From: Chrysomallon squamiferum
Taxonomy: Eukaryota; Animalia; Mollusca
Direction: 5' to 3'
Length of the DNA: 64,000 nucleotides
Assembly: GCA_012295275.1 (NCBI GenBank)
Contig: CM022676.1
Location: 1,240,001 to 1,304,000, forward strand
The translations under genes and the position numbers were made by a program. Position 1 is the first letter of the stretch. Every line of letters starts with the position of its first letter. Under the pieces are notes generated by a model. The model saw only the letters and a program-made list of their open reading frames with translations. It had not been told where the DNA came from and searched no databases. Shown one piece after another: positions 54,101-64,000 of the stretch.

Positions 54101-57100
54101 TAGTTAATGCATTTATATTATTTACAATCTAGTTAGATCTATAAAAAGAAAAACAACTTGTTAATAATAAATTAAATCATTTAATTACAGGAGCAGCAGC
54201 AGTAAGAGCAGCCTCAAAACTTGTAGAAGAGAAAAAAACTTCAAATTTAGCTAATTCATCCAGCAAAAAAGCAGGCGAGGTTTGTGTTTAAAAAACAAAA
54301 GTAGTAGAAAGTGTTGATAACAAAGATTTCATAACAGATTTGTATTTCTAGAAGTAAATTTTTTATTCTTCTGCTTGAAGCAAATTCTCATGATTCTACT
54401 TCAATTTATGTTAGGATGATTATTAACTTTACACATTGTTTTTCCTTCATAAAATTCCAACATTATATTTTTAATCCAGTAAACATAGGATTTCAAAGAT
54501 GTACTTGTCACCAATATAGGAAGGTACCTGATAATCAAACACTTTGAAAAGTTGTAATACATTCATTATCAATCTGATGATGTACAAGGAGAGAATGCTT
54601 TTACAAAACATTAGATGATAACTGCTTTTTGTCTGATAATCATGAAACATTATTTCTATAAAACATTTTGAGATACATAATAATAAATAGGATATCAGTA
54701 AATACACTCTGATAACTAAGGATATGTTGGTAATTGTTAGAGATACAGATTTTAAAAGTTTAATTATTGATGATAATGTCAGTAAAGCTAGACACGATAG
54801 TACAAGTTTATTAGTTTGCAGAACACATGTTTGATTTTTAGATAATGATATAACCTTGCTTTAATAACTGCACATGTAGCACAACCCTTCATAAAGTTAG
54901 TTTTCTTTCTGCCCTTTCTGGATTTAACAGTTGTATCAGTTTCTCATCAGGCATACTTTAAAGCAAAATGACACAGAGGGTAAATTAATATTAGTTACAA
55001 GAAAAGGTATTAACTGAAGGTTACAATGTGTTTTTAGACAAAGCGTAAACACAGTGTAAGCAGTGATGAAGAAGTAGAGTCTAAGACACCACTACACAGA
55101 CAACATTCCAATTCAGTGTCAACTACACCAAGCAGACACAGAACTCCTCCTCTGAAAAAAACAAAATGTAAGTTTATTTATGATTTATAATTTCTATTAC
55201 ATTTTACAGAAAATACATATTCCTAGTTTATTGTTTTGTTTCCTAAAGCTGAAGCAGACAGATAACCTAATACATTTTATAAATAAACTGTATGTCAGTA
55301 TGTCAGTTTTTATTTTTATTTTTTGGTCTTCCTTAATATTTAACAATGGGAAAAAATATTTGATTGACTGAGAAAAATATGATATAAACTTTGAAATGAT
55401 ATACACACATGTTTATGTCTATTTGTGTGGGTGTCTATGCATGCGTACTCATATGATATTTATTGATGTATTTCAGCTGAGCCTGTAAAAGAGTCACCGG
55501 TGAAGGAATTTAGTAAATTGATGGCTAAAGTGACATTTGTTCTAAGTGGTTTTCAGAATCCATTTCGTGCAGAAATTCGGGACAAAGCTTTGGAGATGGG
55601 GGCGAAATATCGACCTGACTGGGGTCAGGGCTGTACTCATCTCATGTAAGTCTTAAATAAAACTTTTAATTTACAGAGGTCTCTCTTCATATGTAAGAGA
55701 TGGTGGGTCTGCCATCCCTTACAGCTTTCGACAAGTTCGCTTGCAGTTTGTCAGCAGTGGCAGCAAGATCTGCCACCATTTTTTTGGGCTGGCTGTTATG
55801 CCATTGTTTTGCACTTTTGGGGTCAGCAGTTCATGTTTACAGATTACCTCCTCCATCATTTTGACAGGACATAATCTGATTCCTCTCAAACTTGCTGCTA
55901 CTCATTTTGCCTGTGTAATCAAGGCCACTGTAGCAGACACTGAACAACTAAATTATTGTGCATGAATTTCAGTGACTGCTACACATTTTTTAACATGTAA
56001 TTATACAGTAATTGTGTTATCCTAGATACATAAACAACCTTTTAAAATATTATTGTTGTCCTCATACAGCAACGCCAGTTCATCCTGTTCTCATAAATAT
56101 TCATTACCACACTGCATGGCAATAAAAATGATCTCACGTTTCACACACACACAAACACACATGTATATATGATATATACTGAAAGTTGAAATATAATATT
56201 GTGTATGTATATTATTTTGTATAAATATATTCATGTAAAGAATATAATTCACAGAATATTAATATCCTTCCTGTGCTGCATTATTTTGAAACAATGTTTA
56301 CAATTTATCACTATTGCATTGCTGAATTTTAGTGGTAATCTATCTATGCAAAATGGCTTAATGACAGTCGAACTTTCTGCGTTTTTTGAAAATAAAAAGG
56401 TTGAAATCAGCATCAGTGACGATGATGTAGCTTTCGTGACTGCTTTTGATATGGAGTTGGATGGCAAGAAAGCTGTACTTATGACAAATCCTGAAAAACT
56501 AGTTGCTGCTAGTACAGTATGAAGAACTTGTTGCCATTTGATGCAATTCTTTGTAGGAGTATTTTTGACAAACAAGTTATTTGAACATTGTTCAAAGTAC
56601 TTGTACCCTGAACATTTTCTGAACCATCCCTTCGTTTAACTTGCACCAGCTATGCTGATTCCTGCCATCCCTTTCACAAATGCTGGGGAGACTGCTGAAT
56701 TTATCTATGTAATGAAAGCAATACTTCTTAATATTTATGCAAGTCTTAATGATTTGTTTTAAATGCCTTATTGTTATTTGCTATCATTATTACTTGTATA
56801 TAAATATTATTTTCTTTTGCGATTTATAAATCTAACAATATCATATAAAAATAATTAATTTAGAAACAATAATTTCTTCAGTAATTTGCATAGTAACAGT
56901 TATTATTATTGTTACTGTTCTTGTTGATATGGTTGTGTTGATATAATTATTTCAGATGTGCTTTTGCAAACACGCCTAAATACAATCAGGTAAAAGGGAA
57001 AGGTATTATTGTGAAAAAAGACTGGATCCAAGACTGCTACAAACAAAAAAGATTATTACCCTGGAGAAAGTAAGTTCACAATCTGTCATTTACATTTTAG

Positions 57101-60100
57101 GCGTGAGAATGTTAGTTGACAATCTGTCATTTACATTTTAGAGTGAGAAAGTTCACAATTTGTTATTTACATTGAGAGTGAGAATTTAGTTCACAATCTG
57201 TCATTTACTTTGTAGAGTGAGAAAGTTAGTTCACAGTCTGTCGCTTACATTGTAGAGTGAGAGTGTTAGTTCACAATCTGTCACTTACATTGCAGAGTGA
57301 GAATGTTAGTTCACAATCTGTCATTTACATTGTAGAATGAGAATTTAGTTTACATTGTAGAGTGAGAATGTTAGTTCATAATCTGTCATTTACAATGTAG
57401 GGTGAGAATGTTAATTAATAATCTGTTGTTTACATTGTAGAGTGAGAATGTTACATATGAAATATTTAGATTGTAGAGGGAGATTGTTACCTTGGAGAAA
57501 GATAGTTAACAAGCTGTTATATGTTTAGACTGTAAAGAGAGAATGCAGATTTAGATGTTAAATACAAATTATCAAGTAGCAATTTCATAGTAAATGTGCT
57601 CTTTAGTTTTTTTTGTTTTTAAACTGCTGTTAGATATCGACTTGGAGATGCTGAATCACCTAATGAAAGTTCTGAAGATGAGGAACCAGAAAAATTTAAC
57701 AACACAAAATCATTTAAAAAGTCAGGTACGTAATATATATTATTAATTTAACAGGTGAAGGATTATGTTTCTTGTGTGGGTGCATGCATCTGAATGTATT
57801 TTTGTGTGGATATTTTTTGGTTTGTTTAAAACACTCATTTTATAAAAGATAGCCATATTATTTAAAATTGAACAATTTGGCCCAGTTTTACCTATTTTTA
57901 ACTCAATAAGACATTGTTCAATTAACAGTTCATTTGTTAATTTTATTTTGTTAGATTCTGTTTCATCTAAAGAATCAGTGTCGTCAAAACACTTGAAAAG
58001 TCCTAAAGGTACCAGAATTATTATATAATATTAACTTCTGTTCCTTAATCTACTAATATAAACTAATGTCTGGACCTTCGTTATTATTAATGATCTAAAT
58101 GTTTAATGTTTGTACCTTCCATATTTATTAATGATTATTGACTATATGTTTATGTTTATTTATGTAATTAGTCTGTATTTTCTTGTTTTATTTAATGTGA
58201 CCACTATCTATACTTCCATATTTTTTTAATGTTACCAGTATCTCTCCTTCCATATTTAATATTACTAATGTATTTCCTTCCATACTTTATTTAATGTTAC
58301 CAATATATATCTATTCATATTTTAATACTACCGGTGCCTCTCATTTTATATTTTATTTAATATTACCAGTGTATTTCCTTTCATGTTTTATTTAATATTA
58401 CCAATGTATTTCCATTCATATTTTATTTAATATTACCAATGTATTTCCTTTCATGTTTTATTTAATATTACCAGTATCGCTCCTTTCATATTTTATTTAG
58501 TTTGATTTAATCTCTAGACTTTTAATTTTTGATTTAGTGAGTTATGAAGGATCATCTGACAGTGGTGATGACACAGAAGATGAAATTCGAAGGTAAAAAT
58601 TAAACTTTTTATGTCTGTTACTTTCCAGAATTACACCTCTATATCCATCAGGGATATTTAGTTTAGTTTAGAAATGTAGCTCAAAATAATTATTTATATT
58701 ATCAAGACATTTATTTATTTCCTCTCTCAGGGCAAAGATTATATAGTTTGAACTTAGTGCCAAAAATTATTTATGTTGACAAGATATTTATTTATTTACT
58801 TTATCATCACTTGTGGCCAATTAAGACAATAAAATAATACTCAAGTGATGCACTTACAGTTTTTTTTTTTTTTATTTTTTCCTATATTTTCTCCTCACAG
58901 TAGTAAAAAAACAAATATCTTGAAAATGATTGGATTGACCCTTTTTTTATGACAGTTAAAGGAAAATGTCTGTTGTGTTGTTGTACTTAATTATTAAAAA
59001 CAATATTAACAATGTCAGTAATAACAATCACTAATAATAATAATAAATATTTTAATTTCAATTTTATTTGTTGGAAGACAATGATAACTATTATAAGATA
59101 AAGATCCTATTTCTAGATAATAATAATATACTTCAAACACATTTCACATTTTGATTTCTGCTAATTAAGGGCTAAGGAAAGAGGTGCCAAAGAAGAGAAA
59201 AAAGATGAAGAAAAAAAAGAAGAAGAAGAAGAAGAAGTGAAAATGGCTCAGTCTTTTAAAACTGAAAACCCCTACGGAGACTCAACGGATGAAGATGAAC
59301 CAGGTGAATTGAAACAGGTTGATGTCAGTGACAATGGATCAGATTCAGGTTTGCCCGACCTACCCGATTTCTTTGCTGATAAAGTTTTCATGTTGTACGG
59401 AGAGTTTCCTGACCAGGAAAAGAGAATGCTGACAAGATACATTGCTGCATACGATGGGTAATTTATCAGTTGTATTTTTATTTCACAAAGTTTATTATTG
59501 TGAAATAACTTTTTTAAGAGAAAACATAATGTTCCAATAAATGTCAAAATTATATAACTTTCAGACAAGTAAATTTAATTTATATCTAAATTTATTATTT
59601 CATAGTTGTTGTATAGTAGCAGCAGTAGTTATAATAGTGTACAACAAATTATTTTTATGTTATTATTATTATCATTGTAATTATTATTATTAACATCATC
59701 ATCATCATTATTATTATTATAATTTTATTAGACTCTGTTTTTATATTCCTTTCTTGTTACTTTATTCAATGTCAAGTTTTGTAACACATTTTGTTTTTTT
59801 AGAGTTGTTTAAAAGTATTAATAAAAGTAAAAATATTTTCAGGACCACTTCAGATTACATGTCAGACAAGGTTAACTACGTTGTAACACAACAACGCTGG
59901 GACGACAACTTTGAAGATGTAAAGTGTTTATATTATTATAGTAATTATTATAATTAGAAACCAGAAAAGACAGTAATAATAAGAGAAGAAGACGAAGAAC
60001 AAGAACATGAACAAAAACAGCAACAACAACAATAATGATAATAATAATAATAATAACAAGCAATAATAATAATAGAAATAATAGAAACACAACAAAAATA

Positions 60101-60780
60101 ATAAGTATTAGTACATAAAATATTGGATTGAAAAACAAATCCTTTGACTTGTATTTTATATACATACATGTATAAATACACACACACACATTTTTGTTAT
60201 ACATGTATAAATACACACACACACATTTTTGTTATTTATATAATTTTTATCAATTTTTTTTTTTTCTTAATTTCTTGTTTATTCATGAATGTCACAATGG
60301 GAAAATCTTTTTTAAGAATCTCCCAACCATTTCTTCAATTTTGAATCAACTTTTAGTTTCTTTTAGAATAAAAATGAAATGCTAAAATCACAACATTCTT
60401 TCATAGATGTATTTAAATTACTTAAATTAATTTAATTACTTGGCCAGTAATAATTTTGTATAATTATATTTACTAAGGTGCCAAATTTAAAAAAGAAATT
60501 TATTTAACTATATATAAAAATCTAATTCTCTGATATTGTTAAAAAAATTTAAAAAAGAAAAAAAATATTAATAAAAAGTTTGTGTGATTCTACTGATGGG
60601 TATATAAATGTATGTTTACAAAATAGTAAACAGAGTTAAAATTTATTTGAAAACATTTTGTTCTTTCAGGCTTTGTCAGAAAATCCAAACTTGGTTTTCG
60701 TCAAACCAAAATGGATCTATACGTGTCATGAGAAAAGCAAGATGGTTCCTCATCAGCCATATATAGTTGTACCTCAGTGA
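51145..60780 (+). CDS. XRCC1: DNA repair scaffold protein XRCC1, complete 16-exon gene (join of the exons below, 1776 nt, 591 aa + stop)
   Basis: All 15 introns are GT..AG with matching phases. The spliced protein starts MPEIKVQHIVSCSSEDK and contains IDIGNEGSAFVEVLVG, VILVASSFMSP, WDRVKIVCTQPF (NTD), VLSGFQNPFRAEIRDKALEMGAKYRPDW..CTHLICAFANTPKY (BRCT1), DSGDDTEDEIRR, YGDSTDE, LPDLPDFF and ends LVFVKPKWIYTCHEKSKMVPHQPYIVVPQ* (BRCT2). All match recalled vertebrate XRCC1 motifs. Confidence 0.97.
51559..51651 (+). CDS. XRCC1: XRCC1 exon 2 (NNPADNLKKPEGSYKWKCAFPGEKSVSVVLQ)
   Basis: Acceptor attaatag|, donor CAG|gtaaca; 93 nt, phase 0-0. Confidence 0.9.
52114..52221 (+). CDS. XRCC1: XRCC1 exon 3 (LEKACQINAIDIGNEGSAFVEVLVGKSTAVSDQDYQ)
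   Basis: tttcag| ... CAG|gtaatt; 108 nt. Confidence 0.94.
52530..52688 (+). CDS. XRCC1: XRCC1 exon 4 (VILVASSFMSP...KIVCTQPFNK)
   Basis: tttacag| ... AAG|gtaagt; 159 nt; lies inside supplied ORF 52515..52745. Confidence 0.96.
53086..53148 (+). CDS. XRCC1: XRCC1 exon 5 (TAQFGLSFIKFHSPSDEKDAQ)
   Basis: tttttcag| ... CAG|gtgaga; FGLSFIKFHSP end of NTD. Confidence 0.94.
53404..53527 (+). CDS. XRCC1: XRCC1 exon 6 (TKPSGQQTLGAFKLK...PVPK)
   Basis: gtttcag| ... AAG|gtaaag; ends phase 1. Confidence 0.92.
54191..54279 (+). CDS. XRCC1: XRCC1 exon 7 (GAAAVRAASKLVEEKK...KKAGE)
   Basis: attacag| ... GAG|gtttgt; phase 1-0 fits neighbours. Confidence 0.85.
55038..55167 (+). CDS. XRCC1: XRCC1 exon 8 (TKRKHS...PPLKKTK; basic NLS-like)
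   Basis: tttttag| ... AAT|gtaagt; phase 0-1. Confidence 0.88.
55477..55645 (+). CDS. XRCC1: XRCC1 exon 9 (BRCT1 N-half)
   Basis: tttcag| ... CAT|gtaagt; VLSGFQNPFRAEIRDKALEMGAKYRPDWGQGCTHL. Confidence 0.96.
55677..56700 (+). pseudogene. Decayed coding-like insert (probably a TE-derived gene fragment) in XRCC1 intron 9
   Basis: Two GC-richer, protein-like open stretches (55678..55965 and ~56332..56522), each preceded by an acceptor-like site and separated by an AT/CA spacer; identity unknown. Confidence 0.4.
56956..57069 (+). CDS. XRCC1: XRCC1 exon 10 (BRCT1 C-half)
   Basis: atttcag| ... AAA|gtaagt; CAFANTPKYNQVKGKGIIVKKDWIQDCYKQKRLLPWR. Confidence 0.96.
57064..57545 (+). repeat. 40-bp minisatellite, ~10-11 diverging copies, XRCC1 intron 10
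   Basis: Unit ~GAGTGAGAATGTTAGTTCACAATCTGTCATTTACATTGTA; equivalent words recur at 57241, 57281, 57321. Confidence 0.95.
57634..57725 (+). CDS. XRCC1: XRCC1 exon 11 (YRLGDAESPNESSEDEE...)
   Basis: ctgttag| ... CAG|gtacgt; phase 2-1. Confidence 0.9.
57955..58008 (+). CDS. XRCC1: XRCC1 exon 12 (DSVSSKESVSSKHLKSPK)
   Basis: tttgttag| ... AAG|gtacca; symmetric phase 1-1 linker exon, could be skipped. Confidence 0.75.
58020..58500 (+). repeat. ~35-bp minisatellite, XRCC1 intron 12
   Basis: Unit ~TTTAATATTACCAATGTATTTCCTTTCATATTTTA; best conserved at 58351..58500, degenerate toward the 5' side. Confidence 0.88.
58538..58592 (+). CDS. XRCC1: XRCC1 exon 13 (VSYEGSSDSGDDTEDEIR)
   Basis: gatttag| ... 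AAG|gtaaaa; conserved acidic DSGDTEDELRR-like motif. Confidence 0.9.
59170..59457 (+). CDS. XRCC1: XRCC1 exon 14 (acidic linker, YGDSTDE, start of BRCT2)
   Basis: AAG-type acceptor ctaattaag|, donor TGG|gtaatt; overlaps supplied ORF 59237..59461 in frame. Confidence 0.9.
59843..59918 (+). CDS. XRCC1: XRCC1 exon 15 (TTSDYMSDKVNYVVTQQRWDDNFED)
   Basis: ttttcag| ... GAT|gtaaag; BRCT2. Confidence 0.94.
60164..60234 (+). repeat. ~35-bp tandem duplication in XRCC1 intron 15
   Basis: ATACATGTATAAATACACACACACACATTTTTGTT x2. Confidence 0.85.
60670..60780 (+). CDS. XRCC1: XRCC1 exon 16 coding part (ALSENP...IVVPQ*)
   Basis: ctttcag|; TGA at 60778..60780. Confidence 0.95.
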   Translation, partial: ALSENPNLVFVKPKWIYTCHEKSKMVPHQPYIVVPQ

Positions 60781-61500
60781 TGTAAACAGTTCATTTGAGA
60801 TGTAACTGTGTGTCTGTGCGTCCAGTGTGAATCTAGACATAAACACACACACACACAGACATACACACAGAACACTGAACACTTTTCACACCAAGAAAAT
60901 AGAAAGGTTAAGTAGAAATTTGGAAAAAGTAGATGAAGACAACATAAAACAAAAGTAACAGGATTTTTTGCATCCCCTGTTCCAAAAATAATAGATTTGG
61001 TCACTTTATTGTGACATGTTTGAGTCATTAGGGAGGAAAAATGTTTGAGGTAATATTATTAATCTGTTTACAAGTAACTGTTTGTGTTATTTTTTTTTTA
61101 CCTTAGAGACAGACAGTGTAATTGCATTGCATAAGATATCAAATTAAATTCAAATAACGAAACTGAATATAATAAAACAGTTCTAACCCTCAGAATTATT
61201 AATTTTTTTTCATACATTTTTGAAAATGGATATAACTTAAAATCTTTATAAAGTAATAAAAAGATTAAGTGGTGCGTTTTAACACTGAAATTAAAAAAAT
61301 TTAAAAACTTACAATCACAAACACAATCTTCATTCATGCACATCATCACTGAGTTTACCTGTGCAGAGTTTTACAGTGTTTTTTGTTTTTGTTTTTTACC
61401 ATATGCCACAGAAGTCAAGAAAAATAAAGTCAAGCTGGTACACAGCACGTTTTACATGAAACAAATTATTGAGAGGTAACTCAGTGATTCTGAAATAAAA
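60781..61500 (+). other. XRCC1: XRCC1 3' UTR with candidate AATAAA signals (~61171, ~61255, ~61423, ~61494)
   Basis: Follows the stop codon; several AATAAA hexamers; the true end cannot be determined. Confidence 0.5.
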
Positions 61501-64000
61501 GAATATTGCTACGTAAAAAGTTGTCAGTTGTTATGTATTTATCCAACTTGTTAAAACCCATTAATGGAAATTATAAATATTCAGTTTATTAATTTATTAA
61601 TTTTCTAAATATAAATATTTAATATTTACTTACTCAGTGTCAAAGTTTCATATTTCTGCACGTTTCTTTACCCACTTCTTTTTAGTTTAACAAAAACAAA
61701 TTATTATTTTTTTTTTTTTTTAAATATCATGGTTATTTATCTTTAACATTATTATATTTATGGAGAGGGAGTTAATGTAATAAGAATACGATTAATATCG
61801 TAATACCAACACTTAGAAAATGTTTATTCAAATGTTTCTTATTTGAACAAAACACACAGCAAGATTAAAAACCTCTTCAAGAAAGTTTAACATTTAAATG
61901 ATCTACTTAGTTGTAACATGAATAAAATATAATGCACTAAACAAAATAGATATTTTGTACACAATTATTCAACATATTTTGAACATCGTAACAACAATGA
62001 AACATCTGGCTAAATGCCAGTAACTCCATTGGTATCTTGACATAGACATTATTTTCTGTTGATAGACCCCAGTACTACAATTTTTTAGAGGGATTCTTGG
62101 AAAACTGTTTCTTATCCTTGTTTAGTTCATGATCATTTTGGTCTGCCTTTGCCACTGTTTTCCTCCATGTGTTATCTCTTTCTTGCACTTTGGGCCACTT
62201 GAAAAATTTCACTTACTAAATGATTTAGAGTTTTCCATCCCCAGGATATAAAAGGAATAAAATAACTATTCCAAATTACTTTCTTGTTAGTTAGAGTGAA
62301 ATATTCATGTATATGGATATGTTCACTAGCTGGCTTTGGGCTTGGGCATGGGATATACACAGTCGTAAAGTACTAATCTAATCTATCTATCTATCTATCT
62401 ATCTATGTATATATTTTTATATTCATCTATATACATTTATAACCATTTTATAACAATTTGCTTCTCATATTTCATTTCAGTATAGGTTTTGTAAGAAACT
62501 ATTAGTTGAACTGAATATAAATGATGAATTTGTTATAATAAATTATAAATAAACCGCACCTTTGACAACTGTAAAAACCTGGCAATACCACGAGACATCA
62601 AAAATAAATAATTAAATAAATAAAATAATAATAATAATAATAAATTAATAATTAAATAAATAATTGGAAAAAAAAAAAGTCATTCATTTTCTTTTTTCTT
62701 CTTCCACATTTTTACTTTTTTTGAACTAAAAATACCACGTATTCATGCATTTCTTATTTCAAAATTCGATAAAAATTTTGAGAGTCAAATTTATGTTTAA
62801 AGACTGCCATTGACAAATGTGTTTTGTTCCAAAAATAATATTGCGCAACAATCTACATTAACAAAAATATATTTACTTTTGAAATATTAAATTAATAAAA
62901 ACAACCCCAAAACCCCCCAAAAAACAACAACCAAGGAATGACTTAAGACAGAGAAGATAATAAAATAAAAATGAAATAATAAAAAAAAATAATAATCATA
63001 ACAAATCAAATCTGTCAATAAATAATACATTCACTAATTCTTTCTTTCTTTTTGTTCTTCCTTTCTTTCTGTCTTTCTTTCTTTCTTTCTTCATTTATTT
63101 ATTTATCGTTGTGCATTTTGTTATTCTGTAAGACAAATGGAGAAGCTCCGGGTATTTATGGGCTGGTGCTAAAGTTTGGTTCATAATCTGATGAAACCAG
63201 GTATAGGCCTACCACCCATAAAGCCAGACTCAGCTGAGTGCCAGCTGTGATTACAAAGACGTTTGTCTGTGTTCTGGAATTCCTGTTATACTGGCCGAAG
63301 TAGAGGTAAGGATAAAAAAATAATAATAATTAAAAAAAAGTACACAAAATAAAAACAACAACATTATATACTAAACTATATCAATAATTATTATCATAAA
63401 TATTATTAAATAATTGAATACAAACTACTTACTACTACTACTACTACTATTACTACTACTACTAATAATAATAATAACAAAATAAATACATAAATAATCA
63501 TACGAAAAAATAATAAAAGAAATACATGTATATTCAAGATTCATTTGATTTTACTGCAGCATATTGTTGAAAAAATAAAAAAATAAAACTCAAAATATAT
63601 GCTGGAAAAATTTAATATTAATTATTTCGTTATGCAAATGGCCATAATGTATTCACAAAAGTCATAAGTTCTGAAAAACTGAAACTTCTTGCTGACTTAT
63701 ACTGTTTTCTTAATACTTTGACATCAACATGTATAACATAATTTCAAAATTACAAACTACCCCAAAATAGGAAGATTAAGCCCCACAAATTATATGCATC
63801 AAACTAGCATTCATTTTTCATTTTGCTTTATTTATAATGCCAGTAACATCAGTTCAAATAATATGGAATATAAATATTTTTTGAAACTAATGAGCCAAAA
63901 TTTCTATTCAAAGTAATATGCTATGTTAATGTAAGGTCTGTTACAAAAGTGTCTAAAAGTGTATATGAGAAGAAAATCTGAAGGGCTCTAACTATATTCT

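Noticed and set aside
55646-55676. 31-nt GT..AG intron that would join XRCC1 exon 9 in frame to the 55678..55965 ORF
   Set aside because: Too short for a typical metazoan intron and would destroy BRCT1; the true exon 10 at 56956 restores conserved sequence.
57064-58500. CRISPR-like appearance of the 40-bp and 35-bp arrays
   Set aside because: Head-to-tail units with no unique spacers, inside eukaryotic introns, and no cas genes.
59158-59170. U12-type intron to explain the AAG acceptor of XRCC1 exon 14
   Set aside because: Donor is gtaaaa, not RTATCCTT, and no TCCTTAAC branch box is present.
62085-62250. Minus-strand peptides resembling a THAP domain (VKFFKWPKVQERDNTWRKTV) or an RTE LINE C-terminus (GKGRPK*S*)
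   Set aside because: Two incompatible readings in different frames, both with stops or frameshifts and missing key residues; cannot be supported without a profile search.

Overview
AT-rich, microsatellite-dense animal genomic DNA; a mollusc-like invertebrate is my inference from the XRCC1 protein and the CpG pattern, not proven. (1) One firmly identifiable gene: a complete 16-exon XRCC1 on + (51145..60780, 591 aa by my exon join) with NTD, NLS, BRCT1, CK2/FHA-binding YGDSTDE motif and BRCT2. Its introns carry a 40-bp minisatellite built from the exon-10 splice donor, a 35-bp minisatellite and a decayed coding-like insert. (2) 1..36 kb is CpG-depleted and has no long ORF. It looks like the giant 5' intron(s) of a minus-strand gene whose candidate first exons/promoters lie at ~40.0, ~36.7 and ~15.1 kb, with a possible recursive splice site and a 30-nt micro-exon. 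By eye this region alternates ~0.3-0.5 kb complex GC-richer islands with AT/microsatellite spacers roughly every 0.9-1 kb. (3) 44.1..49.9 kb can be hand-assembled into a small ~10-exon micro-exon gene on + (~107 aa) with a faint histone-fold-like pattern; this is a hypothesis. (4) Three non-autonomous DNA transposons (MITE-like) and many microsatellites. No rRNA, tRNA or CRISPR was recognised. Most supplied ORFs are low-complexity artefacts.
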